A DNA stretch of 64,000 nt. It comes from Felis catus. Taxonomy: Eukaryota. Below, in pieces: positions 24,880 to 36,965 of this stretch. Position 1 is the stretch's first letter. The number at the start of each line of letters is the position of its first letter. The DNA lies in the NCBI RefSeq assembly GCF_018350175.1, contig NC_058368.1, positions 114,640,001-114,704,000 on the forward strand. Direction: 5' to 3'. Below the pieces are notes generated by a model, which did not search any database, had not been told where the DNA came from, and was given only the letters and a program-made list of their open reading frames with translations. The position numbers were made by a program, and so were the translations under genes.

Positions 24880-25482
24880 AGGCCAAGTAGTCAAGCCCAC
24901 ATGCTCTAGAGTCACACATCAAATTGTAATCCTTTACTCTGCCACTTATATCACTTAGTGATCACAGACAAGATCCCTACTTCTCTGATCCTCAGTTTTC
25001 ACCTGTAGAAAATGGCCACAATGGTTCCATCTCATTGGTTTGTGGTGAGGATTATATAAGATAATGTCTACAGAGTGCTTGATCCACTCTCATTAATTGG
25101 GAGCTATTTTTATTGAGGAGCTCATAAACCTCAGTTTCCTTATCTCCAAAACAGGGATAACGGTGGGATCTACCTGAGGGAAGGGATTCAGATAATAAAT
25201 AAGGCATGGTCAGCACACTATAAATAAATATTAACTATTAGCACTATTAATACTTCCTATGTTGGGGCACCTGGGTGGCTCAGTCAGTTAAGCGTCCGAC
25301 TCTGGATTTCAGTTCATGTCATGATCTCATGGTACATGGGTTCGAGCCCCACGTCAACTCTATGCTGATAGTGTGGAACCTGTTTGGGATTCTCTGTCCC
25401 ACCCCCCTCTCTCTGCTCCTCCCTCACTCATGCTATTTCAACAATAAATAAAATAAACATTAATAAAAATACTTCCTATGTT
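24880..25482 (+). mobile_element. MIR fragments followed by a Can-SINE at 25264-25468 (TSD AATACTTCCTATGTT)
   Basis: CCTCAGTTTC..ATCT..AAAA MIR cores; SINE head GGGGCACCTGGGTGGCTCAG. Confidence 0.8.
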
Positions 25483-26069
25483 TTGCTCGAGGTCATTACC
25501 TGGTAGTACCTTCCTCCTACTGCTTTCTTCCTCACCCTGTTCCAGTTGCCAGTACTCTTCTCATTTTTTTGGACAGAAGACTTGCAGAAAGAAAAATGAT
25601 ACCTATGAAGTAGCACATGAGGAGACCATGAGGAGATCCAGGAGGCTCTCTCCCTCCTGAGACCTGCCTCCTCTTCTCTCCCACCACAGTCAAATCCAGG
25701 CTTTCCTACTAATGTCTCTCCTGGGCAAAGCTCTTGCCCAAGGGTTCATTTTAGAGTCTTCCATAATCTCTAGAGGATCAGTATTAATCTTCCCCACCTA
25801 CAAAATGAGTGACAGCTCGAAGCCAAGTGCTTCCCAGCCGGGGAAAAAAATGGAAGTTTCCTTTTTTTCTGTGTGTCTCTCTCCCCCTCCTTTTTGCGGG
25901 GGAGCTGAATGTGCTCACTCTGGAGGGACTGAGGGAAGCCGGGGCTGGCTGTAATGCAATTTTGCCTAGACGAAGCTGGCAGCTGGGAACCACTTTCCCT
26001 CAGCTTGCCCTCTGCCGGGGAAACTCCATGACGAGACAAGGCAGCTGGCAGGGGGAAGCCTCAAGTTTG

Positions 26070-26072
<3 letters not shown>

Positions 26073-26105
<33 letters not shown>
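26073..26105. repeat. (CTG)11 trinucleotide repeat
   Basis: Perfect 33 bp. Confidence 0.98.
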
Positions 26106-26106
<1 letters not shown>

Positions 26107-28099
26107 AATGCCACACAGAGCCACACAGGACCTCGTGGCCATGGAGATTGATGCTAATGCCCATTTTGTTCCTGTGGACCTCATAGAAGGGCAGTGCCTT
26201 GGGTTCCTGGGGGAAGGATTTCTCAGTAGCAGGATAGTAAATACAAAGGAACACAAAACCTAGTAAAAAGTGCGAGATTGGGAATCTGAAGACCAGGGTT
26301 CAAGTCCTGATGCCACCACTCCATGGCCATGTGATTTTTGGTCAAGTTGCCTAAGATCTTTGGTTTTAGTTTTTTCCATTTGTAAAATGTCCTAATACCT
26401 CTCTCATAGGGACTGTGGGAAGAATTAGTTGAAATAATGTATGTGAAACTGCAACACAGGAAATGGTTAATAAATATTCATTTATTCCACAGAGGGACTG
26501 AGGAGAAAGGAAATCACTGGATTCTGGAGGCTTTCTCGTTTATCAGCTTATTCTACAGAATTAAGCACTGGGCCTCATACCATTTGTTGGGTGCCTGATT
26601 TTAGTGAAGATGTGTGTTTACCATTCACTATGAGATGTCGAGAGGCCCCCTAAATATTCTGGGCCTCAGAACTGGTTTCTCTGGGCGGCAGAGGATCAAC
26701 ATGTAGGACAGAAGGAACCTGTTCTTCAGAGATCCAATCAGCGTGTGCCTTAGGCCCTTTGCTGCTCTCCTGAACCAAACCTCCTTTTGTGCCACCAGCA
26801 CCATGTCCCCGTTCTGGAGGAGGCCAGAATGACACAGCTACATGTCACCCAATGATCTACAGTGCAGGGAAGGAGCTATGTCCCTGCTGGAATTGAAAAA
26901 CATCCTTGAGGGCTGCAACTTTTAGAGGGAAGGTTACCATGCCAACAACAGCCTCTTTGCCCAACAAGGATGAAAGGAAACAAGGCCGTGGGTGACACAC
27001 ATCTATTGTGTATGTCCACAAACTTGCCTGGAACCTCTTAGGGTTGCAGCTCAGCAGGATGGGACTTCGACTGAGAGGCAGGAAGATTCAGGTTAGATAT
27101 AAGTGGGACTCCAGGACAGGGAAAACTGATGAGGGCAGGGCAGGGACAAGGGAGGATTGGGAAATGTATTTCTGAGATTGATACCCATCTCTTGCTGAAA
27201 TGTGTGGGTGTGGTAGTGACAGGCTGTGGGAGGGTACGGTGTCCTAGATACCAGGTTCTGGCTGTGATGGGAACTTCAACTTCCTATAAGTTCTTTTGCC
27301 CTTGCCAGACTGTCCAGGTCACCTATGCTCTGGGAGTAGGTAGAGAAGAGCAGCAGCAGGGAAGACAGGTTATTTGGGTGGTGGCTGAACTGAGAAAGGG
27401 GGGCATTAGGGCCACACACACTTCTGGCAAAGGTATCATATCTTGGCAATAAGGCCCCAGAAATGCCAAAGAAGGGACAGAAGAATGGCCAACTACTCAA
27501 TCCCTTCACATCTTCTCCCACCTCCCATTTGGGAAAGCGCACCGAGAACTGAGGAACTGACATCAGTTCAGCATTTACTCAATGTCAGGTACGTTATGCA
27601 CACACAGGCTCCATTTCATTTGATTATCATTACAGCCTTGCAAATCAGAAATTATTTTCTCCATTTTACCTATGAGGAAATTAAGATTCAGGAAAGGGAA
27701 GCACCTTCCCAGCATCAACCAGTTGGTAAGAGAAGCTGGGATTGGAGCCCTCTCGATGTGAACCTCACAGACTCGAAGAGAAAACTCTAGACCTTAAAGT
27801 TGTCTTATTTTCTTCTGGAACGGTCTCTTCTGAAGCCGTCAGCTCCCATTACAGCCTTTCATTCAAGCTCCCCAGTAGTTGGCGGGGGAGGGGTTTAAGG
27901 GACACAGACCGTAGGTGACTGGGAAAACCGCCCCCCCCCCCCCGCCCCCAGCCCTTCAGTTGTTAGGGTGACGGACTGTCACTGCGGGCCTGGCTCGCTC
28001 GAGGAACTGCTTAACTGGTGTCCTCTCATTTTGTCCCCACAACCCTCGGAAGAGGAATCTGAGACTCAGAGACAAGGTGCTTGGCCCAAGGTCACAGAG

Positions 28100-28650
28100 C
28101 GAGGGCATGGTGGAGCTGGGAATCCAGCTCGGCTCGGCCAGGCGTCTAAGCCGGGCTGGATCCCCCGCCGCGCCGGCCCCCGAGAGTCCCCTGCGGCCCC
28201 CCCCATTCCTGTGGCCCGGGCCGGAGGAGTGGGATGGAGTAGGAGGGGTGGGGTAGGGGGCGCGGGCCGCGGCCGGGGAGGGGCCAGAGGCACGGGCGCG
28301 CGGTGGGGGTGGTGCGGCACAGGCGCCGGAAGCTAGCTCCATTCCGGGCGGACTGCCCGCCCCCGGCCCATGCCCGCCCGCCCCTCGCCATGTATGGCGC
28401 TTCCTCCCCGGGCCCTACAAGGCGCTTCCTCCCTGTCCTAGGCCCATACAAGGCGCTTCCTTCCCGGCGCGTCTGGCAGACGGCCCGCGGGCGGCTGTGG
28501 GCGGGAGCCAGCGGCCAGGGGATCCGCTGCCAAGGAGGGGGCGGCTGGCGGCGCTGGGAACGCGCGGCCTGGCCTCTTCGCGGCCGGGCCTGGCTGAGGT
28601 AAACGCGGACAGGCGGACTGAGGAGTCTGTATGTAGGCATGGTGTCTTGC
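28100..28650. promoter_or_regulatory. Orphan intergenic CpG island (candidate enhancer or non-coding promoter)
   Basis: Abrupt GC/CpG-rich block; GC boxes; CCGGAAG 28326-28332; three CArG-like+CTTCC units 28388-28461; no credible coding exon. Confidence 0.8.
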
Positions 28651-29847
28651 TCCATCCCCAGGTCTGAGGTTCCCACCGGCTCCACCGGTTTCATTTTTTT
28701 TGCCTCCCTCTTCTGCCCCATTTCTGAACACAGCACGCCTTGCTGGAGATCCCTCCGCGGTTGCCAACCCCGGGCCTGAAGCCCCAAATCCTAAACAACG
28801 GTGTGAGGGCCTACCGCTCCTCTCTCACTGCTCCCCTTATGTGTCGCAAGTGGGTGTTTGTTATTTGTTCTTGCCGCCCTCCTTGCTGTTTCTTGAGCCT
28901 TCCTGCCTTTACTCAACCTGTCGGCCCTCCCTGGAGTGCCTTTCCCAGGTACAACTGCTACTCATCCTTTACCTGGTTGAGACATGCGGCCTTCTGGAAA
29001 TCCTTCCCGCCCCCAACTCCTAGGCACGTTATGCACTTAACACAGTATTATATACCTTTTTATTTATTGAGACTGCTGTTTGATCTTACTCCTCTTTGCA
29101 TTCCTGGTGCCTAGCTCACTGAGTTATATCTGTGTGAGGAGAAAGAGGGGAAAGGACCCTGTTTTTAGGCCAACTACACCGTTTTTTAGGCCGTTTCACC
29201 TTGGACAGGCGTCCCTGACTTCAGGCTGGGCCCCTAACACGCTGTGCGGTGCATCCTGTGGTCTGGAAGTCTGTGAGCCCCAGAACTCTATCTACATCAA
29301 TAGTTTGACTCTGTAGAGAAAATTAGAGGGATGGTGTGGGGTCAGCCAGAGCTGGGGCAGGTATACAGCTGCAGTGGGGATGAGGTCTGGAGCAGGGCAC
29401 ACTGGGTGCCCCTACCACCCAGAATGGCCTTTGCTCAGCCTGACAATTCTGGTTTATCCACTGCAGGAACCAGCAAGTCCTTACAGGCCCTTCCAACAGC
29501 ACCTCCAGAGATTTAAACGTGGTTCAATCACATGGTTACTCTGATCTGTCTGCCTGGAGATGAGCACAGGTCAGAGTGAGGGACCAGACCTCAGCACAGA
29601 CCAAACCAGCAGCAGCAGCAGCTCAAACGCCACCCTCCAGCTCTTCCAGAAGTGCAACACATCATCAACGTACAGGCATTCTGGTGGACCAACCCGTGAG
29701 ACCCTGACTGTTCTCCTTCAGGTGAGGCAGGGAAAGAAAAGCTCAGCAGGGAATATGCCCTAGAAGGGGCTTCTAGCACCAAGCAGCCTCTAGACTTGAT
29801 CACTCACAGGTTTCCAGTTTTTTGGTTGTGCACATGTGTGTATACGG

Positions 29848-29864
29848 GTGTGTGTGTGCGTGCG

Positions 29865-29902
<38 letters not shown>
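29848..29902. repeat. Alternating purine-pyrimidine tract (TG)n(CG)n(CA)n
   Basis: Seen directly. Confidence 0.95.
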
Positions 29903-29904
<2 letters not shown>

Positions 29905-30327
29905 GAATAAGGTCAAAAGATAAGGAGCTTTGTTGGTTTCCCTGACTCCAGGTGGGCTGAGTGCCTGTGAATTGGATGCATGGAGAGGAGATGATCTCTG
30001 AAGTCCAGGACTGAGGGTTTAGGGGTTAGCTTTTGGGGAAAAAAAACTGGGTTTCACGGCCTGGACTGCACACCCAGGGCCTAGGATTCCGCTGGCCTTG
30101 TTTTCCCTTCTAAGGCTTCCTCCTCTTCCCAACTATTGTCTGGGATTGTGGGTAATGTAGTCCAGGGGCCAGCTTCTGTGTGGTGCTTGTTCCTGCCCTC
30201 CCCTCCTCTCCTCTCCTTCCCCCTTCCAGCCACCACCCCCTTCTGCTCCAGGCTGAGGGCAGCACTGGGTGAGAAGGCGGTGCTTGCTCCTGCAGGGCTG
30301 GGAGATCCCCTGCTGGAAACCAACTAG

Positions 30328-30337
30328 CTATTTATAG
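30328..30337. promoter_or_regulatory. MEF2 consensus site
   Basis: CTATTTATAG = CTA(A/T)4TAG, in otherwise GC-rich unique sequence. Confidence 0.5.
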
Positions 30338-31074
30338 CTGAGCCTAGCAGAGGGGGAAGGCCTGAGAGAGAAACCAGGGAGCTCCAGCAGCCTCCTCTCC
30401 AGCTACAGAATTTACAGGAACCCCAGGCCTCTGCTGGGCAGGTCTTGTGTTCTATTCTGGGTGAAAGGGCTTTGAGCCTCAGAAAGCCCTATGAAGCACT
30501 AGGGATACTGGGTTGCTCCTTGCTTTGAGAGAGTGAGGTTACTACTTGGGCCTCTCTAAGGGTGGGGATATTTGGAACCCGGAAACTGATAAGCTGAGAT
30601 TTTTGCAAAAAAAAGTCAGTGTGACACCCAGTATGATGGTCACCTAATACTTATATACATTTTTCTTCTCAATTGTTTTCCTGTGCTTGCTTTCTCAACC
30701 AAATTATTAAGGACAGGAACCAAACCTCTTGTCGGTAACACCAATGCTGTCTTCATGCTATAACAAGTGATCTTGCCAAAAGGAAAAACCAAACCCTCCC
30801 TACCAAGAATGGGTTGGGTGTGATTTTTATTCCCACCACTACCCAGTCCTTCTCCCAGTGCCCTGTGCCTTTCTCATCGGAGCACCAAATTTTTACTTGA
30901 CTAGGTTCTTCACTAGATTGGGCAGTCCTTATTGACATGGATGGGTCTGTCTTGTTGACTACGATAGCCCCATTGCCTAGCATCATAAATAATTGATGAA
31001 TGAATATGAATGAATGAATATGAGACTATGATAGCCAGTACTGTTTGTGGAGTACTTGATACATACTTGTCACA

Positions 31075-31114
31075 TTTATTTATTTATTTTTGAGAAAGAG
31101 CATGAATGGGTGAG

Positions 31115-31157
<43 letters not shown>

Positions 31158-33157
31158 CCCACATGGACTCTATGCTGACAAATATGGGGCTTGATCCCAG
31201 GGACTGTGAGATATCACCTGAGCCATAATCAAGAGTCTGAGGCTCAACTGAGCCATCCAGGAGCCCCTTCACTGTTACATTTAATCACAGGGTTTTACAG
31301 GTTGGAAAACAGCTCTGTTTAAGTATCTTTCACCAAGATCTTGTTAAGTGGTAGAGTTGTGATATGAACTAGTATCTGACTTCAGAGTATTGCTTAGCCA
31401 TGGCAAGAGGTTGCCTTTATGCTGGCACCCAGTAGGTACCTCTGGCTCCCAAGCAGATAGATGGGTGAGGTGGTTAGATGAGGTGGGCAGACATGGTTGA
31501 CCTGGCCTGGCCCCATGACACGGCTAGTGCAACCAGCCAGGAGAGCTGCCAGGGAATCCTCAGAAGCTTAATGAGAAAGACCTGCCCTTATCTGCCAGAG
31601 AGAAAGTTCTGAGGCAGGTGCCATGGGGGCTGGAAATGGCAGACAGGCTCTGAGGGCTGAGCAGTGGTGTTGGGGGACTCCTCAGATGTTACCAGGGACC
31701 TCTTGTTTCTTGAGTAGATTTTTTAGTCCTCTTCTTCCTTCAGTAATTTTCAGCAGCATTTAACTCGTATGTGACCATCTCTTCTTTTTTATAAATATTT
31801 TTACTTATTTTTGAGAGAGAGAGACAGAGCACAAGTGGGGGGAGGGGCAGAGAGAGAAAGAGAGAGGGAGACACAGAATCCGAAGCAGGCTTCAGGCTGT
31901 GAGCTATCAGCATAGAGCCCGAGGTGGGGCTCGAACTCATGAACCCCGAGATCATGACCTGAGAGGAAGTCAGATGTTTAACTGACTGACCCACCCAGGT
32001 GCCCCTGTTCATCTCTTATACCTTCTCTCTCTTGGCTTATATGTTTTGAACAATGTTCTAGTTGGATATTAAGTGCTTCAGGACTCAGCCCCATGCTCTC
32101 TTCTCACATATAAAACAGATTTGAAGTTTGAAAAACAAATCTGAGTTTTCATCTTCTTGCCTAAAACCCCTGAATGGCTTTTCATAATCTTTGGAATAAA
32201 ATTTCAAATTCTCAGCAAGGCCTTGAAGCTTAGCCTGTTCTGTGCTTGCTGGCCTCTCTTCCAGTTTCACATTCTATCGCATGTCTCCTTCATTCTTTGA
32301 GCTTCTTCCACACTTCCACACTGAGCTTCTTTCACCTACCTCCTTAACTATACTCTATCCCACCTCCCAAGTGTTCTCACTTTGTTTGGGATGCTCTTCC
32401 TCTTCTTTGCCTAGTTAACTCCTTTGTGCTCAGTTAAAGCATCAGTGTTTTTAGAAAAGCTTTCTCTGGACTCTGGCCAGGTCAAAGTCCTGTACAACAG
32501 GTGTTAATTGTAATAGGGATTTCACATTCATTGGGGTGGTCCACTGGCCTGGAAACCCACTGGGATGGCAGTTGTGTGTTTTTTGCTTCTGACTATAATG
32601 TAGGGTCTAGCACAATGCTTGACTGGGGTAGCCACTTATTTTATGTAACAAATGGAATAAACTGTTAAACTTGAACGAAATGAAAGAGAAGTTAAGCAAG
32701 GTTAAGTTAAATTATGCCCAAGGTCATGCAGTTAGTAAGTGGCAGAGTGGGACAATAGTCATCTGGTTCCAGTCCCTGTGGTCTTAACTTTCTGACCTGT
32801 GCTACCCCTCTACTTGTTAAGTACTTTTTGAAAGTAAAGGGAAAGGGAAGAAGGGAGTAAGGGTATTTGAGACAAAGGGATTCCCTGTCTCCACTCAGAG
32901 TTGGAGATTAAGAGTTGGAGATTAAGAATGAAAGATTAAGGGGGGCTGCTGGGTGGCTCAGTCGGGTAGTCAGAGAAGACTCCTTTGATTTCGGCTCAGG
33001 TCATGATTGTAAATTGGAGCCCCAAGTGGCACTGTCAGCGAAGAGCCTGCTTGGGGTTCTCTATCTCTTTCTCTGCCCCTTCTCTGCTTGCTCTCTCTCG
33101 CTCTCTCTCAAAATAAATAAATAAACTTTAAAAAATTTAAAAGAATGAAAGATTAAG
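31075..33157. mobile_element. Can-SINEs - 31075-31267, - 31785-32005 and + 32941-33140 (TSD AAGAATGAAAGATTAAG), with probable L2 sequence at about 32100-32650
   Basis: SINE cores and tails; (AG)n at 31119-31154. Confidence 0.8.
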
Positions 33158-33319
33158 ATGGTAGCTGTCCTTGTGGTGAGCATAGCAACTATAGAGTTTT
33201 GGAATCAGTGTATTGTAAATCTGAAGCTAATGTGATATTGTTTGTCAACTGTATTTCAGTTAAAACAAAAGAAAACACTGGAATAGGATAAATAGTTCTG
33301 GAGGAAAAAAAAAGAAAGA

Positions 33320-33740
33320 TTACATTCTGCCAAAAGAGATATATGAATGGCCAATAAGCACTTGAAAAGATGCTCAACATCATTAGCCTTCAGGAAAATG
33401 CAAATGAAAACCAGAATGACATCAGCAATGAACAATCCAAAAAGGAAATTAAGAAAACAATTCTACAGTAGCATTCAAAAGAATGCCTAGGCATAAACTT
33501 AACCAAGGAAGTAAAACATTTGCACACAGAAAACTACAGAACGCAGTTGAAGGAAACTAAAGACCTAAATAAATGGAAAGACATACTATATTTGTTGATT
33601 GGAAGACTTAATATCTTCAAAATGGTAATATTACTCAAACCAATCTACAGATTCAGTGCAATCTGTATCAAAATTCCAGTGGTCTTTTTGCTGAAATGGA
33701 AAAGCTGATCCTCAGATTCATATAGAATTACAAGGAGCCC
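33320..33740 (+). mobile_element. L1 ORF2 fragments
   Basis: ORF 33520-33708 ENYRTQLKE.KDLNKWKDI....IGRLNI.KM.IL.K.IYRF.AI.IKIP is L1 ORF2-like. Confidence 0.88.
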
Positions 33741-34085
33741 TCCCAATGCTTCAGTATGTTCACCAACCTGGCAGCTCTCTGAACCCCATAATTTAGGGGT
33801 TTTAAGGGAAGCATCATTATGTAGACATTGTTGACTAAATCATGGACCATTGGTGATTAACTTACCCTCCAGCCTCTTTCCCCTCCCTTGAATTGAGACA
33901 GAAAGTTCCAACCCTGTAATCACACTTTTCTGCCAACCAGGCTCCATCCTGAAGCCATCTAGGGGCACCCAGACACCAATTCATCTCATTAGCATACAAA
34001 ACACTCTTATCACTATGCAAATTCCAAGGGTTTTAGGAACTGTATGTATACCTGGAAGTGGGGACAGAAACCAAATATATATAAT
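33740..34085. mobile_element. LTR fragment (MER21-like)
   Basis: GTTCACCAACC...CTCATTAGCATACAAAA...TTCCAAGGGTTTTAGGA...GACAGAAACCAAATATAT; resembles the reverse complement of 62335-62660. Confidence 0.55.
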
Positions 34086-34114
34086 TAAAAATTCTTTAAA
34101 AAAATAGATTTTTA

Positions 34115-34930
34115 AAATAATTTTTTTAACATCCATTTTTTGAGAGAGTGTGAGGGGGGGAGAGGGGCAGGGAGAGTGGGAGACAAAGAATCTGAAGCAG
34201 GCTCCAGGCTCTGAGCTGTCAGCACAGAGCCTGATGTGGGGCTCAAACACACGAACTGTGAGATCATGACCTGAGCCAAAGTCAGATGCTTAACCAACTG
34301 AGCCATCTGGGTGCCCTTTAATACATATTTCTTATTGTATCATACTCCTCAACAATAAAAAGGAATAAACATACAACAACATGGATGTATCTAAAAAATT
34401 CATCTGAATGGAAGGAGCTAAGTCAAAGAAGCGTGAACATATAAAAGGCTACATAGGGGTGCTTGGGTGTTTAAGTTGGCTGAGCATCCAGCTCTTTGGT
34501 TTTGACTCATGTCATGATCTCATGGTTCATGAGGTTGAGCCTTGAGGTTGGGCTCTGCACTAAGAGTGAGGAACCTGCTTGGGATTCTCTCTCTCTGCCC
34601 CTTCCACACTCGTGTGTGCGCTCTCAAAATAAACTAGAAAAAAAGTACAACCAAAGAAAAAGACTACGTATTACATTAGTCCAGTAATACAGAGTTTCTA
34701 GGAAAGGGCAAACTGGAGAGACAAAGCTGATTAGTCGTTGGCTAAGGCTGGGAGTGGGACCAGGATTGACTGCAGAAGGGCACAGAAGACCTTTTGGGGG
34801 TGATAGACACTGGATTATGTTATTTGCATAACTGTACAGATTTATTCCAGAGAGCCATTAAACTATATTTACAGTGGACAATTTTAATAGTATATAAATT
34901 ATACCTCAATAAATAGACCAAAAAAAAAGT
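34115..34930. mobile_element. Can-SINEs (- 34115-34316, + 34456-34645) within an old L1 3' end
   Basis: SINE cores; ACAACATGGATGTATCT...TATAAATTATACCTCAATAAA L1 terminus. Confidence 0.8.
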
Positions 34931-36304
34931 GATAGCAAGATGAAAAAAATCAGTGTCCTGAAATCTAAGTGGCATCCTGGCCTTTGGATCAAGACAGGAC
35001 CAACTCATCTGCCTCTCCAAACTCACTTCTCATGTGTCCAAGCTGCCCTGCTGCTTCCCAGGTGGGTCAGGCACTCCCAGATGATGTGGGAGCCACCCTT
35101 ATATTCTAACACTCCTCCCTCTGTCATTCCTTGCTAATTGCCTCTGCCGCTGAAGGGGAGGGATAGTGCCTGTGTTGTTCACCGTGTTCCAGCATCTAGT
35201 ACAGGCGCAGCACACAAGAAATGTCTGTAAAAGCTTGAATGGAAGATTTATATCAGGGTTAATCTAAGTGTCATTTAAGGAATAGAGGAGGCAGTGGGCT
35301 CTGTCTGTGGAAATAGAAAGCTAAGGAGACTGGGTTTCTAAGGCCCTTTGCTCAGTTCCCCAGGGAGAGTCAGAGCCCCTTCGGTGCTATATCTCTTCGT
35401 AATCAGATTTTGACACAGGTGCAAGGGAGGGCTGAGCACGGAGTGCTGAGCACGGGAATGCAACTTCATCTAGAGGAACTTTACTTCCTCTTCCCTAGGT
35501 GACATCCTGCCATATTACTGATAGAGTCCTCTTCTGCAGGCTTTTCAGTGGGGATTGTATCATGAGCTGGTTGTTCCATTTCCACCCCTTGGGGAGCCTA
35601 GGCTGAGAATGTACTTGGCTCTGGACAGCCATGTAACATGGGGCAAGTGTCCCCACCTCACTCCCATGATTTTTCCTCCTTAAACTAAGCTGTGTCCCAC
35701 CTACCTTCCTCCCAAGTAGCAGAATATCCCTGCATCTTTGCCTTTACCTTAGAAGATCTTTGCCATTCCTCAGAGAACCTCTCTCTGAAGTTTTCACTCT
35801 TCTTTCCTAGTCTTCAGCGTTCCCTGGGAAATGGATTTACCCTCTAGGTTTCCTTTATGTGGGGAAGGAGAACTGAGCAGAAGGGGCTGAGCCCAGTCAG
35901 GGTCTCTCAGCAGAGCGGAAGAGCTGGAAATCAGACAGGGAAGCCTAGATGGAGCTAATTTGGAACCCTGGGGGCTGGAGAAGCAAGTTAATCTACACAC
36001 TCAAGCCAACCCTGACTCACAGGGAAGTGACTTCAAAACAGCTTTCATAACCCCTCTGGATGTTGGCCACCTTCCCCCTCCCCAGTGTCTTTGGCATCAA
36101 GCCACTCTCTGATCCTCCCTTTTCTCATCCTTAACAAGGGGAAGAATGGGGTTGTGATGAAGAATAACAAGACCATCCATGTGTTAAGAGCAAAGAATTT
36201 GTAGCTGTAACGTCACGTGTTCATGTTGGCTTTGGTAATCTGCTGCACAAGCATAACAGGTCATTGGGTTGCTCTCTCGGCTTCAGCTTCCTTCTGTCTT
36301 TAAA

Positions 36305-36965
36305 AAACAATTTTTTTTAATGTTTATTAATTTTTGAGAGACAGAAGGAGACAGAGCATGAGCGGGTAAGGGGCAGAGAGAGGGAGACACAGAGTCTGAA
36401 GCAGGTTCCAGACTCTGAGCTATTAGCACAGAGCCTGATGCAGGGCTCAAACTCATGAACTGCGAGATCATGACCTGAGCCGAAGTCGGACGCTCAACCG
36501 ACTGAGCCACCCAGGCGCCCCCAGCTTTCTTCTGTCTTTAATGAGATTGGATTAGCAATGTTAATTGGATTGGAGTAGCAAGGTCCCCTTTAAGTACTAA
36601 AATTATGGTTCCTTAAGAAGTGAAAGTAAGGAGCAATACAAGAGCTGTGTGTGACTGTAGACAAAGGACTAGAGTGTCTAATGATACTCTTGTCCTGAGA
36701 AAGGGCTCTAGGCTTGCAGGTACAGCTCTGCCTCCTTCCCATCATGCCTGAGTTGCTCACTAAGCTAGGGGTCAAGCGATCCCCAAGAGGCCCTGTTCTT
36801 TACATGTCCTCATCTCATCTATCCAGCAGCACCAGACCAACCCCAAAGTGTTTTTGTTTTTTTTTAAATATTTTATTTATTTTTATTCTGTAGAGATTAC
36901 ACCCAATGAGGGCCTCAAACTCACAACCTTGGGATCAAGGGTCACATGCTCTACCAGGTGCCCCC
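36305..36965 (-). mobile_element. Can-SINE at 36311-36521 (near-TSD CAGCTT(C/T)CTTCTGTCTTTA) and a short SINE at about 36855-36965
   Basis: Head CCACCCAGGCGCCCC and TSD. Confidence 0.88.

Noticed and set aside
28388..28461. Short direct repeats with spacers, superficially CRISPR-like
   Set aside because: Eukaryotic DNA, three degenerate 18-bp units with 7- and 13-bp spacers, no cas genes; better read as TF-site repeats
27956..29114. ORFs up to 213 aa over the orphan CpG island
   Set aside because: GC-composition artefacts in several frames and on both strands; no domain or coherent exon structure
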